Assembly (NCBI GenBank): GCA_902778145.1
Contig: CACYWW010000005.1
Coordinates: 65,013-129,012 of the forward strand
Source of the DNA: an uncultured Ruminococcus sp.
GTDB lineage: Bacteria > Bacillota > Clostridia > Oscillospirales > CAG-272
DNA: 64,000 nt
Direction of reading: 5' to 3'
Part shown: positions 22,656 through 30,922 of the stretch, one piece after another
How the letters are laid out: the number at the start of each line of letters is the position of its first letter
How positions within the stretch are numbered: position 1 is the stretch's first letter
The notes under the pieces: model-generated
What the model saw: only the letters and a program-made list of their open reading frames with translations
What the model was told of the DNA's origin: nothing
Database searches by the model: none
Translations under genes and position numbers: made by a program

Positions 22656-22718
22656 AAGTTTTCCGGCAGTTATATAGTCATTTTTTCAAAAACAAAAGCA
22701 CAAATTTGAAAAACAGTC

Positions 22719-22747
22719 TTGACATTTTTCGGCGATTATGATAGAAT
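22719..22747 (+). promoter_or_regulatory. promoter of paralog 3
   Basis: TTGACA, 17 nt, TAGAAT with TGa extended -10. Confidence 0.6.
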
Positions 22748-22782
22748 AGCATAGCAGGATTAATTTTATCAGGAGGTAAATT

Positions 22783-23436
22783 ATGAAAAAAATTCTTGCT
22801 ATGGCAGTCGTCATCGTTATGATGTTTGCCGTATGTGCCGCTACGGTATCGGCCGAGTCCGATCACATCAACATCGACATTACCGCCGCTACCGGCAGCA
22901 GTGTTGAGCTTACGGTCGCTGACGGCAAAGTAGTCGCAAAGACGAACGGCGGAGACCCGTGGGTATCCATCCCGCTCAACGAAGTTGACACTTCCGTCTA
23001 CACCTACTTCACCATCCTTTACAGAGCCGACAAAGAGATCGGTTCCAACAACACCTATCTTATGGACACTTCCGTTAACCCGGGTTACTCCGGAACGCAG
23101 GGCACGTGGACAGGTCACGGCATGGCGGGTACCGCCGACGGCGAGCTCCATACCAAACAGTACAACATCGCGGACTTCCCGGCGATGGCCGGCACCAAGC
23201 TTACCGGCGTACGTTTCACCGCCTGCGGTGATGTCGACGGTCAGTTCACCATCGAAGGTCTCGTCTTCTCCTCTGTCCCGTACGATCAGATAAGCGGTGA
23301 TGACGAGCCTGCCACTCCCTCCGACAACCCCACTCCCGCCGACAACCCCGGTACCGCTGACGCTTCCGTCATCGCTATCGCCGCTGTCGCCTGCATCGCT
23401 CTTGCCGGCGTAGTCGTTGCGAAGAAAGTCAGATAA
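22783..23436 (+). CDS. secreted surface-protein paralog 3 (module A; NPGTAD-TM-KKVR)
   Basis: MKKILAMAVV signal peptide. 'DPWVSIPLNEVDTSVY..F...YRADKEIGSNNTYLMDT..NPGYS' parallels paralog 2. Confidence 0.85.
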   Translation: MKKILAMAVVIVMMFAVCAATVSAESDHINIDITAATGSSVELTVADGKVVAKTNGGDPWVSIPLNEVDTSVYTYFTILYRADKEIGSNNTYLMDTSVNPGYSGTQGTWTGHGMAGTADGELHTKQYNIADFPAMAGTKLTGVRFTACGDVDGQFTIEGLVFSSVPYDQISGDDEPATPSDNPTPADNPGTADASVIAIAAVACIALAGVVVAKKVR

Positions 23437-23453
23437 TTCAGACTGAATATCAG

Positions 23454-23477
23454 AAAACCGCCGCAAGGCGGTTTTTT
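23454..23477 (+). terminator. intrinsic terminator after paralog 3
   Basis: aaaaCCGCCGcaaGGCGGtttttt. Confidence 0.85.
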
Positions 23478-23527
23478 GATCTCAATTGGTTTTTTATGGC
23501 GACTCAATATTTTTTATTCAAAAAGTA

Positions 23528-23556
23528 TTGACAATCCTGCAAAAACATGATACAAT
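23528..23556 (+). promoter_or_regulatory. promoter of paralog 4
   Basis: TTGACA, 17 nt, TACAAT with TGa extended -10. Confidence 0.6.
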
Positions 23557-23591
23557 ACAACCGGCATGAATAAAAATATAGGAGGTATACC

Positions 23592-24227
23592 ATGAAAAAA
23601 ATTCTTGCTATCGCAGTCGTAGCTCTTATGACTGTGGCTCTCTGCATCAGCGCAAGCGCTCTGCATCACACCTCTCCCGACCAGATCCTGGCAGGTTCTG
23701 ACGGACACGATCTCGCATCTGTCGGCAACAACAACGCAGCAGGCACCGATCTCGGCGCCATCACCGAAGAGAGCTTCTTCTTCTGGGGCTGGCACTCCAC
23801 CGAAGTTGAAGGCGGCATAACCGAATTCGGTTACCGTTACGGCGACGTTACCGTACTCGGTTCTCCGAAATTCTACCATGACAACTCCAACGATGCCGGC
23901 AAACAAGACAACGATACCATCGCTTCTCAGTGCGGCGGCGTAGGCGAATCCGTTCGTTTCAGAATCGAGGTTCCGGTACTTAAGGGCGAACAGGAAGTCG
24001 TTGCTGTCGTTAAGCTTGCTGACGGCACCGTCGAAGACATGTGGACCGTCAAGTACTCCGCCGAAAACGGCAAGACCCTTGAGGATATCACCCCCAAGGC
24101 TGACGATCCCGCTCCCACCGATCCGACTCCTTCCAACCCCGATACCGCTGACGCTTCCGTCATCGCTATCGCGGCTGTCGCCTGCATCGCTCTTGCCGGC
24201 GTAGTCGTCGCGAAGAAAGTCAAATAA
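23592..24227 (+). CDS. secreted surface-protein paralog 4 (module B; NPDTAD-TM-KKVK)
   Basis: MKKILAIAVV signal peptide. Module B is homologous to paralog 1. Confidence 0.85.
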   Translation: MKKILAIAVVALMTVALCISASALHHTSPDQILAGSDGHDLASVGNNNAAGTDLGAITEESFFFWGWHSTEVEGGITEFGYRYGDVTVLGSPKFYHDNSNDAGKQDNDTIASQCGGVGESVRFRIEVPVLKGEQEVVAVVKLADGTVEDMWTVKYSAENGKTLEDITPKADDPAPTDPTPSNPDTADASVIAIAAVACIALAGVVVAKKVK

Positions 24228-24242
24228 TTCATACTGAATTAC

Positions 24243-24270
24243 AAAAAACCGCCGCAAGGCGGTTTTTTGT
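24243..24270 (+). terminator. intrinsic terminator after paralog 4
   Basis: aaaaaaCCGCCGcaaGGCGGtttttt. Confidence 0.85.
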
Positions 24271-24271
24271 C

Positions 24272-24300
24272 TTGACAAAACTCACTCAACATGATATAAT
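24272..24300 (+). promoter_or_regulatory. promoter of paralog 5
   Basis: TTGACA, 17 nt, TATAAT with TGa extended -10. It abuts the preceding terminator. Confidence 0.6.
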
Positions 24301-24332
24301 TGCTCCAGCATGAATAAAATCAGGAGGTAACT

Positions 24333-24956
24333 ATGAAAAAAATTCTTGCTGTTATTCTCGCAGCGGTATTCTCCGCCGCTCTTTGTGTTGCCGCGTCTGC
24401 TCAGTTCAGTCTCGACAGACTCAACATCAACGCCAACACTCTGACCACCATGCCCGACGATCCGATCAAAACCGCGGACGAAGTCAAGATCGCGGTCGGC
24501 GACAAGCTTTATATCCTCGGCTGGGCGATGAACACCGAGACGAATTCCAACCTCAAGGAAGTCGTTTACACAATCGACGGAGCTGAAAAGAAATGCGCCG
24601 ACAACTACAGAGACAGACCCGGTCTTTGCGAATACTTCGGAATGGCCGATAACTCTCTCAACCGTCACGCCGGTTTCGGCACTGACGAAAGCGCCTTAGA
24701 GCTCACCGGTATCGATAAGCTCGGCGACGGCACATACAAGATGGCGATCATCGCAAAGTATGAAGACGGAACGACCGAAGATCTCAAGCCCGAATTCACA
24801 CTCGTCGTCGGTACCGGTGAAAACAAGGCTGAGGATCCCACTCCCGCCGATCCGACTCCTTCCAACCCCGATACCGCTGACGCTTCCGTCATCGCTATCG
24901 CGGCTGTCGCCTGCATAGCTCTCGCCGGCGTAGTCGTTGCGAAGAAAGTCAGATAA
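24333..24956 (+). CDS. secreted surface-protein paralog 5 (divergent B-like module; NPDTAD-TM-KKVR)
   Basis: MKKILAVILA signal peptide, 'LYILGWA....EVVYTIDG', and the same C-terminal 30 aa. Confidence 0.85.
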   Translation: MKKILAVILAAVFSAALCVAASAQFSLDRLNINANTLTTMPDDPIKTADEVKIAVGDKLYILGWAMNTETNSNLKEVVYTIDGAEKKCADNYRDRPGLCEYFGMADNSLNRHAGFGTDESALELTGIDKLGDGTYKMAIIAKYEDGTTEDLKPEFTLVVGTGENKAEDPTPADPTPSNPDTADASVIAIAAVACIALAGVVVAKKVR

Positions 24957-24973
24957 TTCAGACTGAATATCAG

Positions 24974-24997
24974 AAAACCGCCGCAAGGCGGTTTTTT
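24974..24997 (+). terminator. intrinsic terminator after paralog 5
   Basis: aaaaCCGCCGcaaGGCGGtttttt. Confidence 0.85.
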
Positions 24998-25030
24998 CAA
25001 CTTGCAGACAAAGTTTTTATTCTTTATTCT

Positions 25031-25127
25031 ACTCCTTCCGTCACGACTGAACGTCGTGACACGCAAAACAAGGCTCCTCCCTTGGGGGAGCTGTCATCCG
25101 GGAAGCTTCCCGGATGACTGAGGGAGT
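25031..25127. other. orphan multi-hairpin segment (three hairpins closed by a 5-bp outer helix), function unknown
   Basis: Hairpins are gtcacgac/gtcgtgac (25040-25060), gctcc..ggagc (25073-25091) and a perfect 26-bp palindrome gtcatccgggaagcttcccggatgac (25093-25118). The outer pairing is actcc (25031-35) with ggagt (25123-27). Confidence 0.4.
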
Positions 25128-25142
25128 TTGTCTTCACTCTGA

Positions 25143-25167
25143 GAAAACCGCCGCAAGGCGGTTTTTT
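25143..25167 (+). terminator. extra copy of the family terminator with no gene in front
   Basis: aaaaCCGCCGcaaGGCGGtttttt, identical to those after paralogs 3-6. Confidence 0.7.
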
Positions 25168-25309
25168 GATCAAACGCGCAATGATATACGAAGCGGACGC
25201 CGAAACGGCTCTCTCCCGGCTCTCGCTCAACACCGGTCATTTTCGGTCCGTATCCCGGGAAACACACCGGTTTTGAATAAATAAAAAGCTCAAAAAAATA
25301 AAAAAACTA

Positions 25310-25338
25310 TTGACAATATACAACAACTGTGCTAAAAT
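25310..25338 (+). promoter_or_regulatory. promoter of paralog 6
   Basis: TTGACA, 17 nt, TAAAAT with TGc extended -10. Confidence 0.55.
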
Positions 25339-25378
25339 AAATCAGCATGAATTATACAATATATACAGGAGGTATAAC

Positions 25379-26506
25379 ATGAAGAAAATTCTTGCTATTG
25401 CGATAGCGGTCGTTATGACTGTCGCTCTGTTCGCTGTCACGTCGACAGCTGCTGACGCGAAGTGCCTCATCACGGCTGAACAGCTTTCCGCTGAGACCAA
25501 CACAACGAAAAGCGGCGTAAGCTTTGAGCTCAAGGAAGAAGGCGGAGAGAAATTCGCCAGATTCACAGCCGTGGACCTCGATCCGCACCTTTATCTCTCG
25601 CCCGACGTCACGACGGACGTTGCCAATCACTTCGCGGTCATAAAATACAGAACGACCTCCGAAGCCGCTACGATCGACGCTTATATGGCAGGCGCAGAGC
25701 CGCACACGGTATTCACGAATATCGAAAACGACGGCAACTGGCATATGTGCTACGGCGATCTTGAGCAGTCCGGCGCTAACTGGACCGGCAAGTTCAGCCG
25801 TCTTGACCCGCTGAACAACGGCAGCCTCAAGGAAGGCGACACGATCGACATCGCCTGGATCGCTCTGTTCGCATCCGAGGATGACGCGAAAGCCTACACC
25901 GGCCCCGCTGCCGGCGAGACTCCCGTCGCTCCCGAACCCGAGAAATCCGCAGACCAGTGGCTCGGCGGCAGCGAACCTGCCGGTCACTCTACCGGTTGGT
26001 GGATGAACCCCATCGCCGAGGGCTGCGACAAATACATCAAAATAGGCTTCACGGCTGCCGGCAACTTCAGCGGCATCCACGGCTACTACCTCTGCAACCC
26101 GACCACGTCCAACGAAGGTCCGACCGTAGTTAAGGCTCAGATCCTCAAGGGCGACACCGTTCTTGCGGAAAAAGAGATCCCCGTAGACGGCGACGCCTGG
26201 TACGACACCGATTTCGGCAAGACCATCCCCGCCGGCGACTACACGCTCTCCTTCCTGCCCGTTTCCGGTAACGGCGGCTGGTTCGTTCTCGGTTCTTATG
26301 ACGGCCAGGGCGATTGGACGATAGACACCAACTGCGCGACAAACGACGCCACCAAGACTCATCCCGAGATCATGCTCATCGGCGCCGCTGCTGCAGCCGA
26401 TCCTCAGCCCTCCAACCCCGGTACCGCTGACGCTTCCGTTATAGCCATCGCGGCTGTAGCCTGCGTAGCTCTCGCCGGCGTTGTAGTCGCAAAGAAGATC
26501 AGATAA
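25379..26506 (+). CDS. secreted surface-protein paralog 6 (A-like + C modules; NPGTAD-TM-KKIR)
   Basis: ATG 25379 (MKKILAIAIA) with AGGAGGT upstream. Module C ('GWWMNP', 'FVLGS', 'LIGAAA') parallels paralog 2. Confidence 0.85.
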   Translation: MKKILAIAIAVVMTVALFAVTSTAADAKCLITAEQLSAETNTTKSGVSFELKEEGGEKFARFTAVDLDPHLYLSPDVTTDVANHFAVIKYRTTSEAATIDAYMAGAEPHTVFTNIENDGNWHMCYGDLEQSGANWTGKFSRLDPLNNGSLKEGDTIDIAWIALFASEDDAKAYTGPAAGETPVAPEPEKSADQWLGGSEPAGHSTGWWMNPIAEGCDKYIKIGFTAAGNFSGIHGYYLCNPTTSNEGPTVVKAQILKGDTVLAEKEIPVDGDAWYDTDFGKTIPAGDYTLSFLPVSGNGGWFVLGSYDGQGDWTIDTNCATNDATKTHPEIMLIGAAAAADPQPSNPGTADASVIAIAAVACVALAGVVVAKKIR

Positions 26507-26520
26507 GCTGACTTAATATC

Positions 26521-26546
26521 AAAAAACCGCCGCAAGGCGGTTTTTT
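26521..26546 (+). terminator. intrinsic terminator after paralog 6
   Basis: aaaaaaCCGCCGcaaGGCGGtttttt. Confidence 0.85.
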
Positions 26547-26647
26547 GAATTCATATTCCCGCCCGCAGATCACGAAAATTTACCGCCAATACACCAAATA
26601 AAAGAAAAGATAATATATAATAAGTTAAAACGGGAGCGGAGGTTATT

Positions 26648-28351
26648 ATGGATCTGACATTTTCAAAAAACACAGTACACGTTTTTTCCGCGTGGTTCGG
26701 AAGGAATTCAAACGTACAGAGCTTTGTCGCGGAAGAAAAAAGAAGACCTCCTTACCCGTGCCGCACACCGGACGCTCTTCCCGCGGCCGATCCCGAGGAG
26801 GTCGGTATCGAAAGCGGCAGGATAATGAAGTTTTACAAACGTCTTGCCCGCGAGGATTCGATAAAGATGCAGACCGTGATCATAGCCCGGAACGGGCACG
26901 TCATATCACGCGCTCATTTTTATCCGTACTCGACCGATATCTGGCACGTCTCTCACTCCCTCGCAAAATCGCTGACCGGGCTCGCGGTCGGTCTGTTGTT
27001 TGACGACGGGCTGATCTCGCCTGACGACAAGCTGCTCGACTTTTTCAAGGACGCGCCGCCCGCCGCGAGGATCAATCACAAAAACACGACAATCCACCAC
27101 CTTCTGACGATGCAGACCGGCGTGTTCTTCAACGAAGCCGGCGCCGTCACCGATACAGACTGGGTGCGCGCTTATCTTGAATCCGGCGTGAAATTCCGTC
27201 CGGGAACTCAGTTCGAATACAACAGCATGAACACGTATATCCTCTCCGCTATCGTAAAGAGGATATCCGGAAAAGGTACCCTGCAGCTTTTGAGGGAGCG
27301 TATTTTCGAGCCGCTCGGTATCCGTGACATATTCTGGGAAAAATGTCCGCGCGGCATCGAAAAAGGCGGCTGGGGCATCTATTACTACCCCGACGACATT
27401 CTGAAGATCGGTCAGCTTTACCTGAATGGCGGAGTATGGGAGGGCAAGCGCCTGCTCTCGGAAAAATGGATAAAAGAATCGACGAAGAAGCAGATCGACA
27501 CCCCGGATGAGACCGGTATCTACGGTTACGGCTATCAGGTCTGGTGCAAGGAGGACAGGAGCACGTTCCTGTTCAACGGGATGTTCGGTCAGAACCTGAT
27601 CGTCTTTCCGAGGACGAACATCATGATAGCGACGACGGCGGGCATAGACGAGACGTTCCAGAACAGCGCGCTTTACTCGATCGTCGAGGAATATTTCGGC
27701 ACGCCGTACCGTCCGCGCGCGGGGCTGGCAAAGGATCCCGCGGCGCTTGCGGCGCTTAGGGCGCTCGAGCCGTCTCTTGTGATGCACAACAGCGACGCGT
27801 ACAAATACGGCGGCTCCTCTTCCCTTCCCGCGCTTGACGGCGTTTACGAGATACAGGGGAACGACGGCTTCGGTCTTTCGATCCTGCCGGAGCTATATCA
27901 AGCGGTCCACAACAACTTTGCGGAAGGGCTGAAGCGGGTCACTCTCAGCGTGAACGGCGGTGAGGGCGAGCTCACGACGCTCGAGGGTGAGACCGCGCAC
28001 ACGGTAAAATTCGGCATCGGTCACGAGGTCCCCGGCTGTATCGAATACGGCGGCGAATCCATACTGACGTCCGCGCGCGCGTATGACGCGGGCGGCGGGA
28101 AAATGAAGATAACGATCACGTTCCCGGAGCTGCCGAATATCAGATATATAACGCTTGAAAAGACGGAGGACGGCGTTTCCGCAAAGTGGGAGGAGGCGCC
28201 CGGATACGACTTTTTATATAAAATGATGGACAGATCGTTTCTCGGAAAGCTGATGCTCGGCGACAAAAAGAAGGCGGTCGACGCCGATTTCATCACTCGC
28301 CGCGTCAAATATTTCCTGCAGCCGACTGTCAAAATGAAGAAAGTACGGTAA
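26648..28351 (+). CDS. serine hydrolase, beta-lactamase-fold family with C-terminal extension
   Basis: 'SHSLAKSLTG' SxxK motif, 'YNSMNTY' (YxN-like), and a ~200-aa C-terminal domain. Confidence 0.75.
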   Translation: MDLTFSKNTVHVFSAWFGRNSNVQSFVAEEKRRPPYPCRTPDALPAADPEEVGIESGRIMKFYKRLAREDSIKMQTVIIARNGHVISRAHFYPYSTDIWHVSHSLAKSLTGLAVGLLFDDGLISPDDKLLDFFKDAPPAARINHKNTTIHHLLTMQTGVFFNEAGAVTDTDWVRAYLESGVKFRPGTQFEYNSMNTYILSAIVKRISGKGTLQLLRERIFEPLGIRDIFWEKCPRGIEKGGWGIYYYPDDILKIGQLYLNGGVWEGKRLLSEKWIKESTKKQIDTPDETGIYGYGYQVWCKEDRSTFLFNGMFGQNLIVFPRTNIMIATTAGIDETFQNSALYSIVEEYFGTPYRPRAGLAKDPAALAALRALEPSLVMHNSDAYKYGGSSSLPALDGVYEIQGNDGFGLSILPELYQAVHNNFAEGLKRVTLSVNGGEGELTTLEGETAHTVKFGIGHEVPGCIEYGGESILTSARAYDAGGGKMKITITFPELPNIRYITLEKTEDGVSAKWEEAPGYDFLYKMMDRSFLGKLMLGDKKKAVDADFITRRVKYFLQPTVKMKKVR

Positions 28352-28358
28352 TATTTAT

Positions 28359-29642
28359 TTGCAATACGAAAGCCACAAAATAAAAGACGGCGTTGAGCTT
28401 TGCGTCATCGTCGACAAAAAATTCAAAACAAACACGGTAAGCATTACCTATATCGGAGACACGGGCTCTCGCGCGGCGTCCGATTACGCGCTGCTCTCCG
28501 GCGTTCTGTCGCGCAGCTGCCGGGCTTATCCGAGTCTTAAACAGCTGAATATCGCGCTTGACGGATTATACGACGCGCAGCTGTCGGCGGACACGTCACG
28601 CTGCGGACTTTCCCAGCTCGTAACGTTTTCGATCCGCTCGCTCGACAACAGATATTCGATAGACGGCACCGACATCACGTCAGGCGCCCTTGACGTTCTT
28701 TACAGCATCCTGTTCGATCCGGATGTGAACGGGGAAAGCTTTTCCGCAGAGGTGTTTCAAAGCGAGCGCGAGCAGCTGAAGGATGCGATAAACGGGATAA
28801 GAAACATGCGTCAAAGCTACGCGGTGATGCAGTGCACAAAGGAGCTTATGCGGCGCGAGCCGCGCTTCTCACCGCGTCTCGGCACGGTCGCGGACGCTGA
28901 CTCCGCAACGCCCGCGGAAATTTACGAGGTATACAAAAACATACTTTCCGCGTGTCCCGTGAGGATATGCGCGGTATTGTCCGACGGCGCAGACCGCGTA
29001 AAAGAATTCGCCTGCAAGGTCGCGGAAAGGATAGGAGAACTCAAAAACGGCAACGCCGTAACGCCGGACTTCTCCGCGCCGCCGAAGAGGCTTCGCAGGA
29101 TAACCGAGGATGCTCCGATCAAGCAGGACGTCATATGCGTCGGCTGTGATCTCGACTGTGACGAGAGCGACGGCAAGGAAGCCGAAAGAGCGCTGTTCAA
29201 CGAGATATTCTTCCAGAATCCGACGTCGCGGCTGTTTGAAAACGTGCGCGAAAAGCTTTCTCTGTGTTACTACGTTTCCGCGTCTCCAATGACGGATCTG
29301 AAGAAATACGTGATCTACGCGGGTGTTGACGGAAAAAACGCGAAAAAAGCGGAGAGCGAGATACGTTCGCAGCTCGAGCTGATGAAGCGCGGAGTAAGCG
29401 CGGAAGAGCTTAAAAGATGCAGACTGACGCTTAAAAACGATCTTCTGTCGATAAAGGACTCGCCGTCGCGGCTGTCGAGATGGTATCTGATAAGAGCCTT
29501 ACGAGGTCTTCCCGCGGAGTCCGTCGACGAATATATTTCAAGGCTTGACCGCGTTACGGCGGATGACGCGGCGCGCGCCGCCTTCTCCGTTCTGCCGGAT
29601 ATGGTATACCACCTGAAGGGAGGCGCCGCAAATGAAATATGA
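28359..29642 (+). CDS. M16-family peptidase-like protein lacking the HxxEH zinc motif (non-catalytic partner)
   Basis: Pitrilysin-like length and pattern but no HxxEH. It overlaps the next M16 gene by 11 nt. The start is uncertain (TTG in the ORF track). Confidence 0.65.
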   Translation: MQYESHKIKDGVELCVIVDKKFKTNTVSITYIGDTGSRAASDYALLSGVLSRSCRAYPSLKQLNIALDGLYDAQLSADTSRCGLSQLVTFSIRSLDNRYSIDGTDITSGALDVLYSILFDPDVNGESFSAEVFQSEREQLKDAINGIRNMRQSYAVMQCTKELMRREPRFSPRLGTVADADSATPAEIYEVYKNILSACPVRICAVLSDGADRVKEFACKVAERIGELKNGNAVTPDFSAPPKRLRRITEDAPIKQDVICVGCDLDCDESDGKEAERALFNEIFFQNPTSRLFENVREKLSLCYYVSASPMTDLKKYVIYAGVDGKNAKKAESEIRSQLELMKRGVSAEELKRCRLTLKNDLLSIKDSPSRLSRWYLIRALRGLPAESVDEYISRLDRVTADDAARAAFSVLPDMVYHLKGGAANEI

Positions 29643-30921
29643 ACTGACCCGGCACGTACACGAGCCGTCCGGCGAAAGCTACGTCTCCTTCCGCCACAAA
29701 AGCGGCGTAAAGGTGCTCGTTTCACCGAACGGATACACGTCCGCGTGCGCCGTCTATTCCTCTGATTTCGGCGGCGCCGATATGCGCTTCTCGGTCGACG
29801 GCAAAGTCGTCGAAACGCCTGCCGGCGTGGCGCATTTTCTCGAACACAAGCTGTTTGAGACAGAGGACGGAGGCGACGCGTTCCGCCTGTTTTCCGAACT
29901 CGGAGCCGATTCAAACGCCTTCACGTCACATACGTCGACTTCGTTTACGTTCAGCTCGCCCATGGACGTGTTCTACGAATCGCTTTCGATACTGCTCCAT
30001 TTCGTCCACACGCCGCATTTCAGCCGTGAATCGGTAGAGCGCGAGCGCGGGATCATAGCCGAGGAGCTGAACATGTACGAGGACGACCCGGACAGCCGCT
30101 CCTTCAACGAGCTGATGAAGTGCATGTACCGCAAAAACGGCGTCAGATACGACGTCGGCGGCACGGTCGAGTCGATCGGCAGGATCACACCCGAGCTTTT
30201 GTACTTATGCCATACGGCGTTTTACCGTCCGGAAAACATGACGCTCGTCATAGCGGGCGACGCCGATCCGGAAAGGATCGCCGGGATCATGGACGAGCAG
30301 ATACCGGAGGGCAGATACCCGTCGGTCATAAAGCTTCCGCCGAAGGAGCCTGAAAAGGTCTGCCGCAGACTGAGCCGGATACAAATGGATATATCCGAGC
30401 CTCTGTTCTCGTTCGGTATTAAGGATTCTCCGTCGTCCGATCCCGCCGGTATGAGGCGGCGCGGCGCGGCGCTGTCCATACTTTGCAGTATGCTTTTCGG
30501 CGCAAGCTCCGCGTTTTACTGCGACTGCTATGAAAAAGGCCTTATTTCGGGTGACACAAACGCCTATTACAACTACGGCGGCGACACCGCATATCTGACG
30601 GTCACGGGCGAAAGCAGACACCCGTTCACCGTCAAAAAAAGAATAATCAAGGTCATCGAGGACGCACTGAAAAACGGCGTTGACGAATCGGAATTCGAGC
30701 GGACGAAAAAAGTGTTCTATGCAAATTTCATCTATTCGCTGCAAAGCAGCAGCTCCGTCGCCTATTCTCTGCTTTCGTTTGAGCTGCTTCACGACGATAT
30801 GCTCGCTTATCCCGATCTCTTATCGTCGCTTGACTGCGCCTCGGCGCTCGGATATCTCAGATCTCTGTACAGCAAGGACCGCTGCGCGTTCACCGTAGCG
30901 GAACAATATAAGGAGGAATAA
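29632..30921 (+). CDS. M16-family zinc peptidase (insulinase/pitrilysin type)
   Basis: 'GVAHFLEHKLF' contains the inverted zinc motif HxxEH, and a downstream 'E' region 'RERGIIAEELNMYED' is present. Confidence 0.8.
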   Translation: MKYELTRHVHEPSGESYVSFRHKSGVKVLVSPNGYTSACAVYSSDFGGADMRFSVDGKVVETPAGVAHFLEHKLFETEDGGDAFRLFSELGADSNAFTSHTSTSFTFSSPMDVFYESLSILLHFVHTPHFSRESVERERGIIAEELNMYEDDPDSRSFNELMKCMYRKNGVRYDVGGTVESIGRITPELLYLCHTAFYRPENMTLVIAGDADPERIAGIMDEQIPEGRYPSVIKLPPKEPEKVCRRLSRIQMDISEPLFSFGIKDSPSSDPAGMRRRGAALSILCSMLFGASSAFYCDCYEKGLISGDTNAYYNYGGDTAYLTVTGESRHPFTVKKRIIKVIEDALKNGVDESEFERTKKVFYANFIYSLQSSSSVAYSLLSFELLHDDMLAYPDLLSSLDCASALGYLRSLYSKDRCAFTVAEQYKEE

Positions 30922-30922
30922 A

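Noticed and set aside
21519-24278. Long minus-strand ORFs (21519-22445, 22678-23466, 23514-24278; also 25352-26362) opposite the paralog array
   Set aside because: Each runs antisense to a plus-strand gene that has its own promoter, RBS, signal peptide and terminator. The minus ORFs cross those terminators and promoters and are G/D/V/R-rich shadows.
25031-25127. tRNA or tRNA-like gene (cloverleaf of an outer helix plus three hairpins)
   Set aside because: Arm lengths (8, 5-8 and 12 bp) and loops do not fit tRNA geometry. There are no GTTC/T-loop, D-loop or anticodon-loop signatures, and the outer helix is only 5 bp.
26906-27787. 293-aa minus ORF; similarly 2506-3174 (-), 31764-32588 (-), 35477-36181 (+), 44790-45569 (-), 49247-50026 (+), 58134-59000 (+), 61261-61851 (-)
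   Set aside because: All overlap, in antisense, genes with clear family signatures (beta-lactamase fold, TIM-barrel isomerase, lgt/folD, AKR, alpha/beta hydrolase, GATase, dockerin protein, nusA). Composition is typical of non-coding frames in GC-rich DNA.
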